Origin: an uncultured Chlamydiae bacterium
GTDB taxonomy: Bacteria > Chlamydiota > Chlamydiia > Chlamydiales > SM23-39
Direction: 5' to 3'
Length of the DNA stretch: 64,000 nucleotides
Assembly: GCA_903893545.1 (NCBI GenBank)
Contig: CAITMJ010000033.1
Location: 8,069-72,068 of the forward strand
Shown: piece by piece, positions 1 through 9,740 of the stretch
How positions within the stretch are numbered: position 1 is the first letter of the stretch
How the letters are laid out: each line of letters starts with the position of its first letter
Position numbers and translations under genes: made by a program
Notes under the pieces: model-generated
Told to the model about the DNA's origin: nothing
Databases searched by the model: none
The model's input: only the letters and a program-made list of their open reading frames with translations

Positions 1-2
1 GC

Positions 3-629
3 CTAATGCGAGGAGACGAAAGTGCATGGGTGTGCTGTAAAGAGGAGTTTTTCAACTTGTTCAATCATGATGTGAATCGCTGTCATATGCGCTTCTTGAA
101 TTCGATCCGACCATGTGAAACCGGAGACGATCCATTCGAGATCCGCTTGCCCTTTGAGCTTGCCGCCTGTTTTTCCTAAAAATGCAAGCGTCGTCAATCC
201 TCTTTCTTTTGCTGTTTTCACTGCGGGAATAAGATTGCCAGAATTTCCGCTCGTCGTTAAGACAACAAGAACATCTCCCGCTTTGCCATACGCTTCGACA
301 GCGCGAGAAAAAACATGATCGTAGCCAACGTCATTGCCAACACAAGTGAGATGGCCCGGTTCTGAAAGTGCAATTGCGGGAAGCGCCGGCCGTTTTTCTC
401 GATAAAAGCCAGTGAGTTCTTCTGCAAAGTGCATCGCATCGCAAAGACTTCCCCCATTTCCGCACACAAGAAGTTTATTGCCTCTCCGAAAACAATCGGC
501 GAGAATCTCCGAACTTTTTTCGATGAATGCAAGTGCCTCTGGATGTCTTATGCTTTCAATGGCTCGTATTCCATCATCGACTGCTCGCAGAATCGCTTCT
601 CTCATACAATCCTTTTTGTTAGACTGCAA
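3..629 (-). CDS. gmhA: Phosphoheptose isomerase (SIS domain)
   Basis: 208-aa ORF. Motifs LLVCGNGGSLCDAMHFAEELTG, TTSGNS and DRIQEAH match GmhA. The stop TAG lies at 3-5, so the gene is complete. Confidence 0.9.
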   Translation of the reverse strand: MQSNKKDCMREAILRAVDDGIRAIESIRHPEALAFIEKSSEILADCFRRGNKLLVCGNGGSLCDAMHFAEELTGFYREKRPALPAIALSEPGHLTCVGNDVGYDHVFSRAVEAYGKAGDVLVVLTTSGNSGNLIPAVKTAKERGLTTLAFLGKTGGKLKGQADLEWIVSGFTWSDRIQEAHMTAIHIMIEQVEKLLFTAHPCTFVSSH

Positions 630-654
630 AGCATTCTAACGAAAATGAAGAAAA

Positions 655-1650
655 ATGCAAATCGCAGTGATCGGCGCAACTGGCGCAGTGGGAAATGAAA
701 TTGTAAAACTGTTAGAAGAACGGGAGTTTCCAGTTGCGTCTTTGCGCTGTTTTGCATCTTCTCGCTCTCTTGGAAAAACAATTTCCTTTCGCAAAAAACA
801 AATCCCACTGGAAGTTCTAACTCCGATCAAGTGCGATTTCGCTTTTTTTGCCGCAGGATCTTCTATTTCTAAAGAGTGGATTCCGAAAATGGATGCGCTA
901 TGCATCGATTCGAGTTCTGCATTTCGACAAAGTGCGCCGCTTGTGATTCCGGAAATCAACGCGCATGCACTTGCGCACCATCGCGGGGTGATCTCTTCGC
1001 CAAATTGTGCAGCGACAATTCTTCTCCTCCCGCTTTTTCCCCTCCATCGGCTCTACAAGGCTAAACGAATCATCGTCTCCACCTATCAAGCCGCCAGCGG
1101 TGGAGGGTTTCAGCTCGTCCGGCATTTAGAAGAAGAAACAGGCGCCCTTTTACGAGGAGACCATTTTCCTACGACACTCCCCTACCCTTACGCCTTTAAT
1201 CTATTTCCCCATACCTCGGAATTAGACGAAAGCGGCTATGTCGGAGAAGAGCTAAAGATCTCCCAAGAAACGAAAAAAATTCTCGAAGATGACTCCATTG
1301 CAATCAGCGCTACCTGCGTACGCGTTCCCGTCCTTCGCGCCCACAGCTTGTCTGCCAATATCGAGTTCCATCATCCTTTCGAGCTCGATGCAGCAATAGC
1401 TGCTGTCAAATCAATGCCTGGCGTCACTCTCTTTGAAGATCGATCAAAAAACCGTTTTCCAACACCCTTTGACGCCACAGGCCGCTCTGAAATTTTCACT
1501 GGGCGCTTCCGTATCGATAGAAGCCAACCCAATACGCTTGAATTTTGGGCTGTCGGCGATCAGCTATTAAAAGGGGCAGCGCTTAACGCCGTTCAAATCG
1601 CAGAATATTTGACAAAAGGCCCTCAATCTTTTATGTCTTCTTACAGATGA
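655..1650 (+). CDS. asd: Aspartate-semialdehyde dehydrogenase
   Basis: 331 aa. N-terminal Rossmann motif VIGATGAVG and active-site region SSPNCAAT match the Asd family. Confidence 0.92.
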   Translation: MQIAVIGATGAVGNEIVKLLEEREFPVASLRCFASSRSLGKTISFRKKQIPLEVLTPIKCDFAFFAAGSSISKEWIPKMDALCIDSSSAFRQSAPLVIPEINAHALAHHRGVISSPNCAATILLLPLFPLHRLYKAKRIIVSTYQAASGGGFQLVRHLEEETGALLRGDHFPTTLPYPYAFNLFPHTSELDESGYVGEELKISQETKKILEDDSIAISATCVRVPVLRAHSLSANIEFHHPFELDAAIAAVKSMPGVTLFEDRSKNRFPTPFDATGRSEIFTGRFRIDRSQPNTLEFWAVGDQLLKGAALNAVQIAEYLTKGPQSFMSSYR

Positions 1651-2438
1651 ACCTTTTATTTGAATCGCCTTCTTGGATTTTCTCTTCCGTTTTAGTCGTC
1701 GTCCCTTCGATTTTACTCTGTCTGACCGCGCTTTGGCTTGTGCGCAAAAACGTTTCGACAGAGACGCTTCGGAAAAATCACGATGTAGCCGGCTTTACAT
1801 TCAGTATTATCGGCGTGCTTTACAGCGTTATTTTAGGGTTTACCGTAATCAACGTCCAAGAGCGCTATAACAACGCCCGCGAAACGATCCATAAAGAGGC
1901 GATGGTGCTCGCAGATCTCTATCGCGACGCCGACTTCTTTCCGCCGGATAGCCGCGATGCGATTCGTTTAGACTTAAAAGATTACGTAAACTATGTCCTC
2001 AAAGAAGAGTGGTCGCTTCACCAAGAGAAGATGATCCGCTTTAAAGCGCAAAAAATATTAGCCAGAATTTGGAACGATTATTATCAAGTCGACCTTGGTA
2101 ACGAGAGAAGTAAAATCTGGTATGAACAATCGATTGCAAAGCTAGACGACCTGATGAATGTCCGTCTTGCCCGTGAATTTAGCACGTGGGAGCATCTGGG
2201 AAGCATGATGTGGAGTCTTTTGATCCTAGGAGCTCTTATTACCACCTGCTTTATGTTTTTCTTCGGCTTAGAAAACCATCGGATGCAAATGCTTATGACC
2301 TCTTTACTGGCAGGATACCTTTCTTTCATGCTCTATCTGGTCTTTTCTTTAGACCATGTCTTTCAAGGTCCTGAACGAATAAAACCAGTAGCGCTCGAAC
2401 AAGTGCTCCTCTTATTCAAGCAGTGGGATGCTTCTTAA
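1647..2438 (+). CDS. DUF4239-like membrane protein
   Basis: 263 aa. N-terminal TM segment, then HDVAGFTFSIIGVLYSVILGFTV, and C-terminal TM segments. The start overlaps the asd stop by 4 nt. Confidence 0.7.
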   Translation: MNLLFESPSWIFSSVLVVVPSILLCLTALWLVRKNVSTETLRKNHDVAGFTFSIIGVLYSVILGFTVINVQERYNNARETIHKEAMVLADLYRDADFFPPDSRDAIRLDLKDYVNYVLKEEWSLHQEKMIRFKAQKILARIWNDYYQVDLGNERSKIWYEQSIAKLDDLMNVRLAREFSTWEHLGSMMWSLLILGALITTCFMFFFGLENHRMQMLMTSLLAGYLSFMLYLVFSLDHVFQGPERIKPVALEQVLLLFKQWDAS

Positions 2439-2953
2439 AGCTGTGGAATCACAGGAACAAATTTCGCCGTGTCAGGCATTTTAAAATTGGCTGGAAAATC
2501 GGCTTTCGTAACAGGGAACCAAGTCACGCTCCGGCCAAAGAAGAGCAATTTCCCTCTGACGATGAGATTTCCAGCTTCGACCCAAACTTCAGAATTGTAA
2601 ACATTTCCTTTCTGGGGATCGAGGATTTTTCCCTTGTAGACCACTCCGCTATTTTCCAAGTTCCAAATAAGATCTAAGCCGCAATAGGGAGGGTTGCCGG
2701 GAACGCCAGGGGCCTTTTCTTTCGGATGATAAATATCATCCTGCATTTTCCCTTCTCCGTCGTACGTGCAGACGATCCTTCCATAGTACTTACCTTCATA
2801 GGGATAGACTGCGAAAACACATTGGATCTTCTTCGTATCGTCATTGATGCTTTTCCAAAATCCGGCGATGTCGTCATCGTCTGCAAAAAGCTGCATGCAA
2901 AAGGTTAGAGCTAATAGAAGTTTTTTCATTGTTCCTCTGTTTTCTTTTCTCAC
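2435..2953 (-). CDS. Secreted DUF2147-like protein
   Basis: 172 aa with a signal peptide (MKKLLLALTFCMQLFA). GFWKS...GKILDPQKGNVY pattern is typical of DUF2147. Confidence 0.6.
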   Translation of the reverse strand: MRKENRGTMKKLLLALTFCMQLFADDDDIAGFWKSINDDTKKIQCVFAVYPYEGKYYGRIVCTYDGEGKMQDDIYHPKEKAPGVPGNPPYCGLDLIWNLENSGVVYKGKILDPQKGNVYNSEVWVEAGNLIVRGKLLFFGRSVTWFPVTKADFPANFKMPDTAKFVPVIPQL

Positions 2954-3636
2954 TAACGTGTTTCAAAAAAAGTGTCAAGAAAAGGAGCATCTACATGAAA
3001 TACAATCTCCTCCCGCGTGACGGGGTGAGGAAATTTTAAATCTGTGCAAGAGAGGCAGATCGCATCGCCGCTGCCGCTTTTGGCTTTGTATCGAATATCT
3101 CCGATGATGGGATGGCCAATCGCAGCAAATTGAGCGCGGATTTGATGGTAGCGGCCTGTTTGCAGTTCGATTTGGACCACGGTGGAGTGCTCTTTTACTT
3201 GCAAAACACGATAAGTAAGAAGCGCTTTTTTAGCATCGGGATTTTTAGGCGTAGAAACAATAGCTCTACCGTCTCCATGAAGGAGAAAATGTTCCAGCGT
3301 GCCGCTTTTTTCTGAGACGATCCCTTCCACTTCAGCCAGATAGAGCCTTTGAATGGCACCTGCTCTCGAAGCTTCATTTAAACGGGTAAGGGCCTTTGAG
3401 GTTTTGGCAAAAATGACAAGCCCAGAGACGGGGCGGTCGAGGCGATGAATGCAATGGAGAAAGACTGCGCCCGGTTTTTGAAACTCTTTTTTGACCCAAT
3501 CTTTGGCAAACGATTCCAGATCAGCTCGTTTCGTATCATCTGGCTGCGTTAGCCACCCAGATGGCTTAAAGGCGATCAGGAGATGATTATCGCAAAAAAT
3601 AACATCAGGAGAGCTTTCGCTGCCGGACAACTTCAT
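2953..3636 (-). CDS. RluA-family pseudouridine synthase
   Basis: HRLDRPVSGLVIFAKT catalytic motif and GRYHQIRAQ. The start was moved to the internal ATG at 3636 (MKLSGSE...) because the long ORF overlaps the upstream gene. Confidence 0.85.
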   Translation of the reverse strand: MKLSGSESSPDVIFCDNHLLIAFKPSGWLTQPDDTKRADLESFAKDWVKKEFQKPGAVFLHCIHRLDRPVSGLVIFAKTSKALTRLNEASRAGAIQRLYLAEVEGIVSEKSGTLEHFLLHGDGRAIVSTPKNPDAKKALLTYRVLQVKEHSTVVQIELQTGRYHQIRAQFAAIGHPIIGDIRYKAKSGSGDAICLSCTDLKFPHPVTREEIVFHVDAPFLDTFFETR

Positions 3637-4420
3637 AAAGCACCAAGGTTGTTGCAGAAGCGACATTGAGAGAATCGGCAATCCCAAGCATGGGGATGCG
3701 CACTTGGACCTCTGCACGCTTCATCCAAGCATCGGTCAGTCCATATTGTTCTGTTCCGACAGCAATTGCAACAGAGGTCTTGAAATCCGCTTCGGTAAAT
3801 TCAATCTTCGCAGACGGCGTTGCCGCTACAATCGAAATCTGATGTTCTTTTAAAAGAACAAACACCTCTTCCCCACCTAATTCGAAGACGGGCACTGTAA
3901 AAAGAGTCCCTACGCTCGATCGGACGACATTGGGATTGTGAATATCTGTAGTCGGATCGCAGACGATGACCGCATCGACGCCCGCCGCGTCTGCAGAGCG
4001 GAGAATCGTGCCGAGATTGCCGGGCTTTTCAATGCTTTCAGCGATCACGAGAAACGGATTTTTTAAAGAGGCCAAGAGAACTTTTAGATCAGATAACGTC
4101 CGGTGCATCTCTGGAGCTACTGCTAAAAGCCCATCGGGCCGGTCTCGATACGAGATCTTTGCAAAAACCTCTTCTGTGCACTCAATCGCCTCAGCGCCCG
4201 ATTTTTCAATCAAAGCCCGTTCATTGGTCCCGAGAAAAAATCCGGGGCAAAAAAAGAGGGTCTCCACTTTGTAACCCGCATCGACAGCGCGCTTGAGTTC
4301 GCGGTATCCTTCGATCAAAAAGCGATCCATTTCATCGCGCGCTTTCCGATCGCGAAGGCGCACTGCGTCTTTGATCTTTGGATTCTGAAGACTCGTAATT
4401 TTAGAAAAGAATTTTTGCAT
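3605..4420 (-). CDS. TrmH/SpoU-family RNA 2'-O-methyltransferase (RlmB-like)
   Basis: 271 aa. NLGTILRSADAAGVDAVIV and LNVASATTLVLYE are SpoU methylase motifs. Confidence 0.85.
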   Translation of the reverse strand: MQKFFSKITSLQNPKIKDAVRLRDRKARDEMDRFLIEGYRELKRAVDAGYKVETLFFCPGFFLGTNERALIEKSGAEAIECTEEVFAKISYRDRPDGLLAVAPEMHRTLSDLKVLLASLKNPFLVIAESIEKPGNLGTILRSADAAGVDAVIVCDPTTDIHNPNVVRSSVGTLFTVPVFELGGEEVFVLLKEHQISIVAATPSAKIEFTEADFKTSVAIAVGTEQYGLTDAWMKRAEVQVRIPMLGIADSLNVASATTLVLYEVVRQRKLS

Positions 4421-5210
4421 AACTCCCGCTTGGAATAGAAAGAGCGCCCTCTGAGGTCAGGCACATCTCCCCTGTTTGAATGTTCGTATCGGGAAATACT
4501 TGGCGCGCTAAATGTTCTAAAACAAGCGGCGTCACTCCTGGAGTATGGCAAGAAAGAGCGACAAAACGGGGGGTTTTCGACAAGACGCTTTGGCAAAGTT
4601 CGAGCAGCGGTACGATATCCTGTTCGATTTTAAATACTTCTCCTTGCGCGCCACGGCCAAAGGTAGGCGGATCGAGGAGAATCCCCTCATAGCGCACTTC
4701 TCGGCGTACTTCTCGGCGTAGGAATTTGATCGCATCGTCGACAATCCATCGGATCGGCGCTTTTTCTAAATGATTTAACGCCGCATTTTCCCGTGCCCAG
4801 TCGACCATTCCTTTCGATGCGTCGAGATGGCATACTTTGGCTCCAGCTGCTGCAAAAGCCATCGTCGCGCCTCCAGAATAGGCAAAAAGGTTTAAGATTT
4901 GGCTATCTTGCGCAGTAGGAGCAAAGCTTTGCCAAAGAGCAGCATGTTCTGGGAACACGCCCAAATGTCCAAAGTCAGTCGGAGCAATTTTAAACTGCAC
5001 GCCGCCGATCTTGGCCGTCCACTCTTGGGGGAGCTTTCGAAAAAAGGTCCAACCCTTCTTGTCTTCGCGAGAAAAGGAAGCGTCGATTGTCTTCCATTCG
5101 TCCGGATAGGCTTTGCGCCAAAGCGCCTGTTGGCAAGGGCGAACAAGGCGAAACTGCCCAAATTGTTCGAGTTTAAGCCCTTCGCCGCTGTCAATGAGTC
5201 GATAAGTCAT
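4401..5210 (-). CDS. Class I SAM-dependent methyltransferase (RlmI/RlmK C-terminal type)
   Basis: 269 aa. LNLFAYSGGATMAFAAAGAKVCHLDASK SAM-binding motif and ILLDPPTFGRG. Confidence 0.75.
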   Translation of the reverse strand: MTYRLIDSGEGLKLEQFGQFRLVRPCQQALWRKAYPDEWKTIDASFSREDKKGWTFFRKLPQEWTAKIGGVQFKIAPTDFGHLGVFPEHAALWQSFAPTAQDSQILNLFAYSGGATMAFAAAGAKVCHLDASKGMVDWARENAALNHLEKAPIRWIVDDAIKFLRREVRREVRYEGILLDPPTFGRGAQGEVFKIEQDIVPLLELCQSVLSKTPRFVALSCHTPGVTPLVLEHLARQVFPDTNIQTGEMCLTSEGALSIPSGSYAKILF

Positions 5211-5664
5211 AGAGCTTCTTGAATGTTGTTTGTACGGCCATATCGATCACTTCCTTGCGATCCTTTGGCCCATGAATTAATTGAACATCGATCGGCTCCC
5301 CTCTTTTAGCGACAGCAATAAACACTGTGCCGACCGGCTTTCCTATCTCGCCTCCAGTAGGTCCTGCGATGCCGGAAACCGCTGCGGCAAAATCGCACTC
5401 TGTTCGAAGAAAGAGTCCTCGGACCATTTCCTCGACAGCTTCACGGCTAACAGCCCCTTTTGAAGAGAGCGTTTTGGGAGATACGCCTAAAAACTGCTCT
5501 TTCCAAACATTGGAGTAAGCGACGACAGAACCGAGAAAAAATTGAGAGGCGCCGGGGATAGCCGTCAAAGCTGCAGCCATGGCCCCGCCTGTGCAAGACT
5601 CAGCCAAAGCGAGCTTTTTGCCACTCTTTAAAAGGGATGCATGAAGAAGAGCATCAATGCGCAT
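5191..5664 (-). CDS. CinA C-terminal domain / nicotinamide-nucleotide amidohydrolase
   Basis: LALAESCTGGAMAAALTAIPGASQFFLGSVVAYSN is a CinA/PncC signature. Start set at the internal ATG 5664 (MRIDALL). Confidence 0.85.
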   Translation of the reverse strand: MRIDALLHASLLKSGKKLALAESCTGGAMAAALTAIPGASQFFLGSVVAYSNVWKEQFLGVSPKTLSSKGAVSREAVEEMVRGLFLRTECDFAAAVSGIAGPTGGEIGKPVGTVFIAVAKRGEPIDVQLIHGPKDRKEVIDMAVQTTFKKLYDLSTH

Positions 5665-6337
5665 GGATAAGCTCCACGACGGAAAGTCCTTTAGAGACAA
5701 GTTGAGGGTGCTTATTGATCCAAGAAAAACACCCTTTGCCTAAACGAATCGGAATATTGACCCGCTTATTATCGACAAACATCGGCGTTGCCACTGTGTA
5801 TTTGCGGCTCCATTCTTGGACACGTTTAAAAAGGCCAAAATCTTTCGGCGTAAAAAATTCCATCGTCTTTGGGTGTTGGCAAACTTGGGGAAAAGAAAAC
5901 TGCAAGCCCCAAAAAATAGAGTCGCGGCTTAAGATCATCGGGCGAAACTTCTCATCGACTGGGGAATAGGCCATTTGGTGCACTTGCGTCAATAAAAACG
6001 GCTCGCAGGGCCGAGCGAGATACTTATCTTGGCCAATTTCTTGTAGCCACATTGAAGAAGAAGGGGCCCATGCTGCAGCGTTGAACGCGCGAAGCTCCTG
6101 ATCATCGGGGACAAGCCCCATTTTTAGCTTCTCGATCCAAGATCGGTAAGCGGTGAGAAATCGCTCTTTTTTCATCGGAAACGCATCGGGGGGAAAAGAG
6201 CTTGAAAGTGGGTAGATATCAAAGATCTCTTCGAAGAGAATCTCCAACTCTTCTGGCTCTACCAAAGCCTGGATCTTCAGCCATTTGGCCGCTTGAAAAT
6301 TCCCTTCAACTTGAGCAGAAGAAATTCGAGTAGTCAT
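5654..6337 (-). CDS. Hypothetical protein (227 aa), no recognised domain
   Basis: Long ORF in operon context on the minus strand. No motif recognised. Confidence 0.6.
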   Translation of the reverse strand: MTTRISSAQVEGNFQAAKWLKIQALVEPEELEILFEEIFDIYPLSSSFPPDAFPMKKERFLTAYRSWIEKLKMGLVPDDQELRAFNAAAWAPSSSMWLQEIGQDKYLARPCEPFLLTQVHQMAYSPVDEKFRPMILSRDSIFWGLQFSFPQVCQHPKTMEFFTPKDFGLFKRVQEWSRKYTVATPMFVDNKRVNIPIRLGKGCFSWINKHPQLVSKGLSVVELIHAH

Positions 6338-6340
6338 AGA

Positions 6341-6496
6341 TTAACCCACTACGCAAATAATTGACAAATAGCTGGCTGCGGCTTTGTCATATCGATCCTT
6401 CATCGTCGGCCATAGTTCTACTATGTCCTCCTCCTTCGGACCGCTTCGCTTCAATCTGGCTTCGCCTTGCTTGCGCTCTTTGTCATCTATTTTCAT
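6341..6496 (-). CDS. Possible small ORF (51 aa) not in the supplied track
   Basis: Hand translation: MKIDDKERKQGEARLKRSGPKEEDIVELWPTMKDRYDKAAASYLSIICVVG. Its ATG overlaps the lspA stop (ATGA). Its TAA at 6341-6343 lies 3 nt before the next gene's start, so it fills the gap exactly. Confidence 0.3.
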   Translation of the reverse strand: MKIDDKERKQGEARLKRSGPKEEDIVELWPTMKDRYDKAAASYLSIICVVG

Positions 6497-6993
6497 AGCG
6501 AGTTAGTAGCCCGAAATTTTTGAGAGCGAGAAACGAGCAGAAGCGCAGCCGTTCCAAGTGTAATATAACAATCTGCCAGATTGAAAATCGCAAAAGAATA
6601 GCCCCAGAAACAAAAATGGAAAAAATCAATCACATGGCCATAGGCCAGATAATCGATTCCATTTCCGATTGCGCCAGTGATAATAAGCCAAAAAGGGAGT
6701 GCCGGAGCTTTCCCCCTATTGAAGAATAAAAGGTAAGCGATCAGCCCGCCGATAATGAGAGAGCGGACAAAAAACAACAAGCCCGGATGTCCTTGAAAAA
6801 GCCCCCAGGCAGCGCCGCTATTGACGACCGTGTTGAGAGAAAAACTCACATCGAAACATTCGAAGACTGGAATGCCCCCATACGGATAGCCGAATAGCTT
6901 CGGCAAGATCGTGGGGATCCACTGATTGGCAAATACCTTCGAAAGAATATCAAGCCCTAAAAGAGCGAGGAAAAAGACCCCCCATTTTTTCAT
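6493..6993 (-). CDS. lspA: Lipoprotein signal peptidase II
   Basis: 166 aa, 4 TM segments, NSGAAWGLF and FNLAD motifs. Confidence 0.9.
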   Translation of the reverse strand: MKKWGVFFLALLGLDILSKVFANQWIPTILPKLFGYPYGGIPVFECFDVSFSLNTVVNSGAAWGLFQGHPGLLFFVRSLIIGGLIAYLLFFNRGKAPALPFWLIITGAIGNGIDYLAYGHVIDFFHFCFWGYSFAIFNLADCYITLGTAALLLVSRSQKFRATNSL

Positions 6994-7379
6994 GAAAGAA
7001 TGCCCTTTTCAAACTTCTCTTGAGCTCTTACCGTCATCGTCGCATAAGGGACCGCTTCTAACCGTTTAATCGGGATCTCTTCATTGGAAAGATCGCACAT
7101 TCCATACGTCCCATCCTCAATTTTTTCTAACGCCCGATCGATTTGGCGCAAGATAGAAAATTCCTTATTCGTCACTTCGAGATTGATGTTTCTTACAAAA
7201 TCATCCGTCCCCTCATCTGCCGCATGCTGCGAATAGCCCTTCGCCTCATCGGGAGATGTGACTTCTTTTTTGGAAAGAGAGAGTGTACGCGTCACCTCTT
7301 TGTGCATCTCTTCTAATCTTTTTTTAAAGACAGCGATTTCATTTTTCTTCAGCGGCATGGGCATTTTCCTCATGTTCAA
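6990..7379 (-). CDS. dksA: DksA/TraR-family regulator
   Basis: 129 aa. Coiled-coil N-terminus and C-terminal YGMCDLSNEEIPIKRLEAVPYATMTV. Lies directly upstream of lspA, as in chlamydiae. Confidence 0.8.
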   Translation of the reverse strand: MNMRKMPMPLKKNEIAVFKKRLEEMHKEVTRTLSLSKKEVTSPDEAKGYSQHAADEGTDDFVRNINLEVTNKEFSILRQIDRALEKIEDGTYGMCDLSNEEIPIKRLEAVPYATMTVRAQEKFEKGILS

Positions 7380-7848
7380 GTTCTTTCAATGAAAGCGACC
7401 CTTGAGGGTCTATCGACTGAATTGCTTCCACTAGTTCTTTCATATCCTTAAACCTCTTATATACGCAGGCAAAACGTATATAAGCGACGACATCGCTAGA
7501 TAGCAAGCGCTTAAGAACAATTTCTCCAAGCTCTTGGCTACTAATCTCGCGAATCCCCTTTCCCACAAGATCAGCTTTGATCTGATAGGCAAGGGCTCTT
7601 ACCTGATCGTGGCTAATGCGCGTCGCCTTACAAGCCGCATCCATCCCATTGATCAGTTTCTCTTGGCAGAAGTCTTGAAATGTTCCGTCTCGCTTCTTTA
7701 CTTGAAGGCTCAAATCGACCGTTTCAAACGTCGTAAAACGGCGCATGCATTGGCCGCATTCCCGTCTACGTCTGATCGCATTGATCTCAATGGCAAATCG
7801 GGAATCGGTGACCTTGGAATCTTCATGATTGCAAAATGGACATCTCAC
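7339..7848 (-). CDS. nrdR: Transcriptional repressor NrdR
   Basis: MRCPFCNHEDSKVTDSR zinc ribbon followed by an ATP-cone. Confidence 0.92.
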   Translation of the reverse strand: MRCPFCNHEDSKVTDSRFAIEINAIRRRRECGQCMRRFTTFETVDLSLQVKKRDGTFQDFCQEKLINGMDAACKATRISHDQVRALAYQIKADLVGKGIREISSQELGEIVLKRLLSSDVVAYIRFACVYKRFKDMKELVEAIQSIDPQGSLSLKELEHEENAHAAEEK

Positions 7849-7984
7849 AGATTTATCTACTCTAGATTTAATAGCCCTTTTTAGAAGGTAAGGAAATTTT
7901 TGTGAACTTCTTTCCTTAAAAAAGAGGATCTTTGCGGGCGCTGGACTATATCAAAAAAGGATGGGATAGGCAAGAAAGAAAAAA

Positions 7985-8071
7985 CGGAGAGAGTGGGATT
8001 CGAACCCACGAAACATTTTCATGTTTACACGCTTTCCAAGCGTGCTCCTTCAGCCACTCGGACATCTCTCC
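7985..8071 (-). tRNA. tRNA-Ser (anticodon GGA)
   Basis: Reverse complement is GGAGAGATGTCCGAGTGGCTGAAGGAGCACGCTTGGAAAGCGTG...GGGTTCGAATCCCACTCTCTCCG. Anticodon loop TTGGAAA, long variable arm, CCA not encoded. Confidence 0.9.
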
Positions 8072-8181
8072 GAAGAAGAGCTTTCAAATTTTATCCAAGA
8101 GGTCCTTAAAGCACAACCGTTTTTGAATTGCATCTTAAATAAGGGTCTTGGGATAGTAGTTGCAAAACTGAGAAACTCGCT

Positions 8182-9051
8182 GTGCATAAAAAAATTCTTT
8201 GGGTCCTCCTTTGCGCGCTCCTCCTTTGCGCGCTATTGGCTGGCTGCGCAAAAAAAATGCCGGAAAGGGCTAGAAAACCCCTGCTTTTAGTCAGCCTTCC
8301 CCCGTATCAAACACTCGTAGAACAAATCGCAGGAGAAGCGTTCGAAGTTCAGGCGGTTGTGCCCCTCAATACCGATCCCCATAACTATGAGCCGACGTCC
8401 AAGCAACTCTCGGAGATCTCGCAAGGGCTCATCTGGTTCCGCATCGGCGAATCTTTTGAAGAAAAGCTCCTTCCCCTCCTAAAGAACACGAAATTGCTCG
8501 ATTTAAGACACGACCTTCCGATGATTCAAGGACAATGCAAACATCACGACCACCAAGATCGCCACCTATGGCTAAGCCCTAAATTGATGGCCGTGCAGGC
8601 AAAAAAGATCACTGCTGAACTATCCGATGCATTCCCCAGTGACAAAGAAACTTTTGAAGCCCATCTAGCGATTCTAGAGCAAGAGCTCGCAGACCTAGAC
8701 CAAGAAATCCAAGAAAGACTCCATTCAGTTGAAACGCGCATTTTCTTAGTCTCCCATCCGGCATTTGCCTATTTTTGCCGCGACTACGACTGCAGACAGC
8801 TCTCCGTCGAGCATGAAGGAAAAGAACCCCGCCCAAGAGAACTCGAAGAAACGCTCCATACAGCTATAGAAACCCATGCGACCCTTGCCATTGCGCTCCC
8901 GCAGCACAACAACAAGGGAGCTCAGCTCATCGCAGAAAAATTGCGCATCCCCGTAAGGTATGTCGATCCTTACGCCGCTGACTACTTCGACACAATGCGC
9001 AAATTGTCTGAACTCATCGCCAACCCCTATGCGACGGCGCCTGGTATATGA
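8182..9051 (+). CDS. Metal (Zn/Mn-type) ABC transporter substrate-binding lipoprotein, TroA/ZnuA family
   Basis: 289 aa, GTG start, lipobox LLAGC, and a His-rich loop CKHHDHQDRH. Followed by ATPase and permease genes. Confidence 0.85.
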   Translation: MHKKILWVLLCALLLCALLAGCAKKMPERARKPLLLVSLPPYQTLVEQIAGEAFEVQAVVPLNTDPHNYEPTSKQLSEISQGLIWFRIGESFEEKLLPLLKNTKLLDLRHDLPMIQGQCKHHDHQDRHLWLSPKLMAVQAKKITAELSDAFPSDKETFEAHLAILEQELADLDQEIQERLHSVETRIFLVSHPAFAYFCRDYDCRQLSVEHEGKEPRPRELEETLHTAIETHATLAIALPQHNNKGAQLIAEKLRIPVRYVDPYAADYFDTMRKLSELIANPYATAPGI

Positions 9052-9740
9052 CCGCTATTGATTGGAAAGAGGTTCTCTTTGCCTATGACGGTCAACCGAT
9101 TCTCCTCCCGAGCTCTTTTTCTATCCCTCATGGAAAATGGGTCGGAATCATGGGGCCCAATGGCGGCGGCAAGACTACGTTGTTAAAACTTTTAATGGGC
9201 TTTTTAAAGCCATTAAAAGGGCATCTTCGAATCTATGGGAAGACTCCTGCAGAAAATTACCCAAACATCAGCTACGTCCCACAACTACTCCGCTTTGATC
9301 GGGACTTCCCCATTACCCTTGAAGAAGTAGTCGCCCTCGGATCGGAAGAAAAAAGAGATCTTTGGATTCAAGAGTTAGGCCTCGATAGCCATCGAAAAAA
9401 ACGATTTGGAGAACTCTCCGGCGGCCTGGCCCAGCGAACGCTCCTTGCCCGCGCTTTAGCCTCCGACCCTACGCTTTTACTCCTCGACGAACCGACGGCA
9501 AACATCGACCCACCATCTGCGGCCGCTATTTTAAACCTCCTTGAATCGCTTAAAAATAAAGTGACGATTTTACTCGTCACTCATGACGTCAAGACAGTCA
9601 TTGAAAGGGTCGATCAAATCCTCTCCGTTCAAGGAAAAATTCAACTCTATATGCCACAAGAGGTGTGCGAACATTTTGCGATGGGGCTCTACCACACTCC
9701 CCTGCTCGACCTCCCCCACTCTCACTGGGGCCAGCCATGA
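9048..9740 (+). CDS. Metal ABC transporter ATP-binding protein
   Basis: Walker A GPNGGGKTT, signature LSGGLAQR, Walker B LLLLDEP. The start overlaps the upstream stop. Confidence 0.88.
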   Translation: MTAIDWKEVLFAYDGQPILLPSSFSIPHGKWVGIMGPNGGGKTTLLKLLMGFLKPLKGHLRIYGKTPAENYPNISYVPQLLRFDRDFPITLEEVVALGSEEKRDLWIQELGLDSHRKKRFGELSGGLAQRTLLARALASDPTLLLLDEPTANIDPPSAAAILNLLESLKNKVTILLVTHDVKTVIERVDQILSVQGKIQLYMPQEVCEHFAMGLYHTPLLDLPHSHWGQP

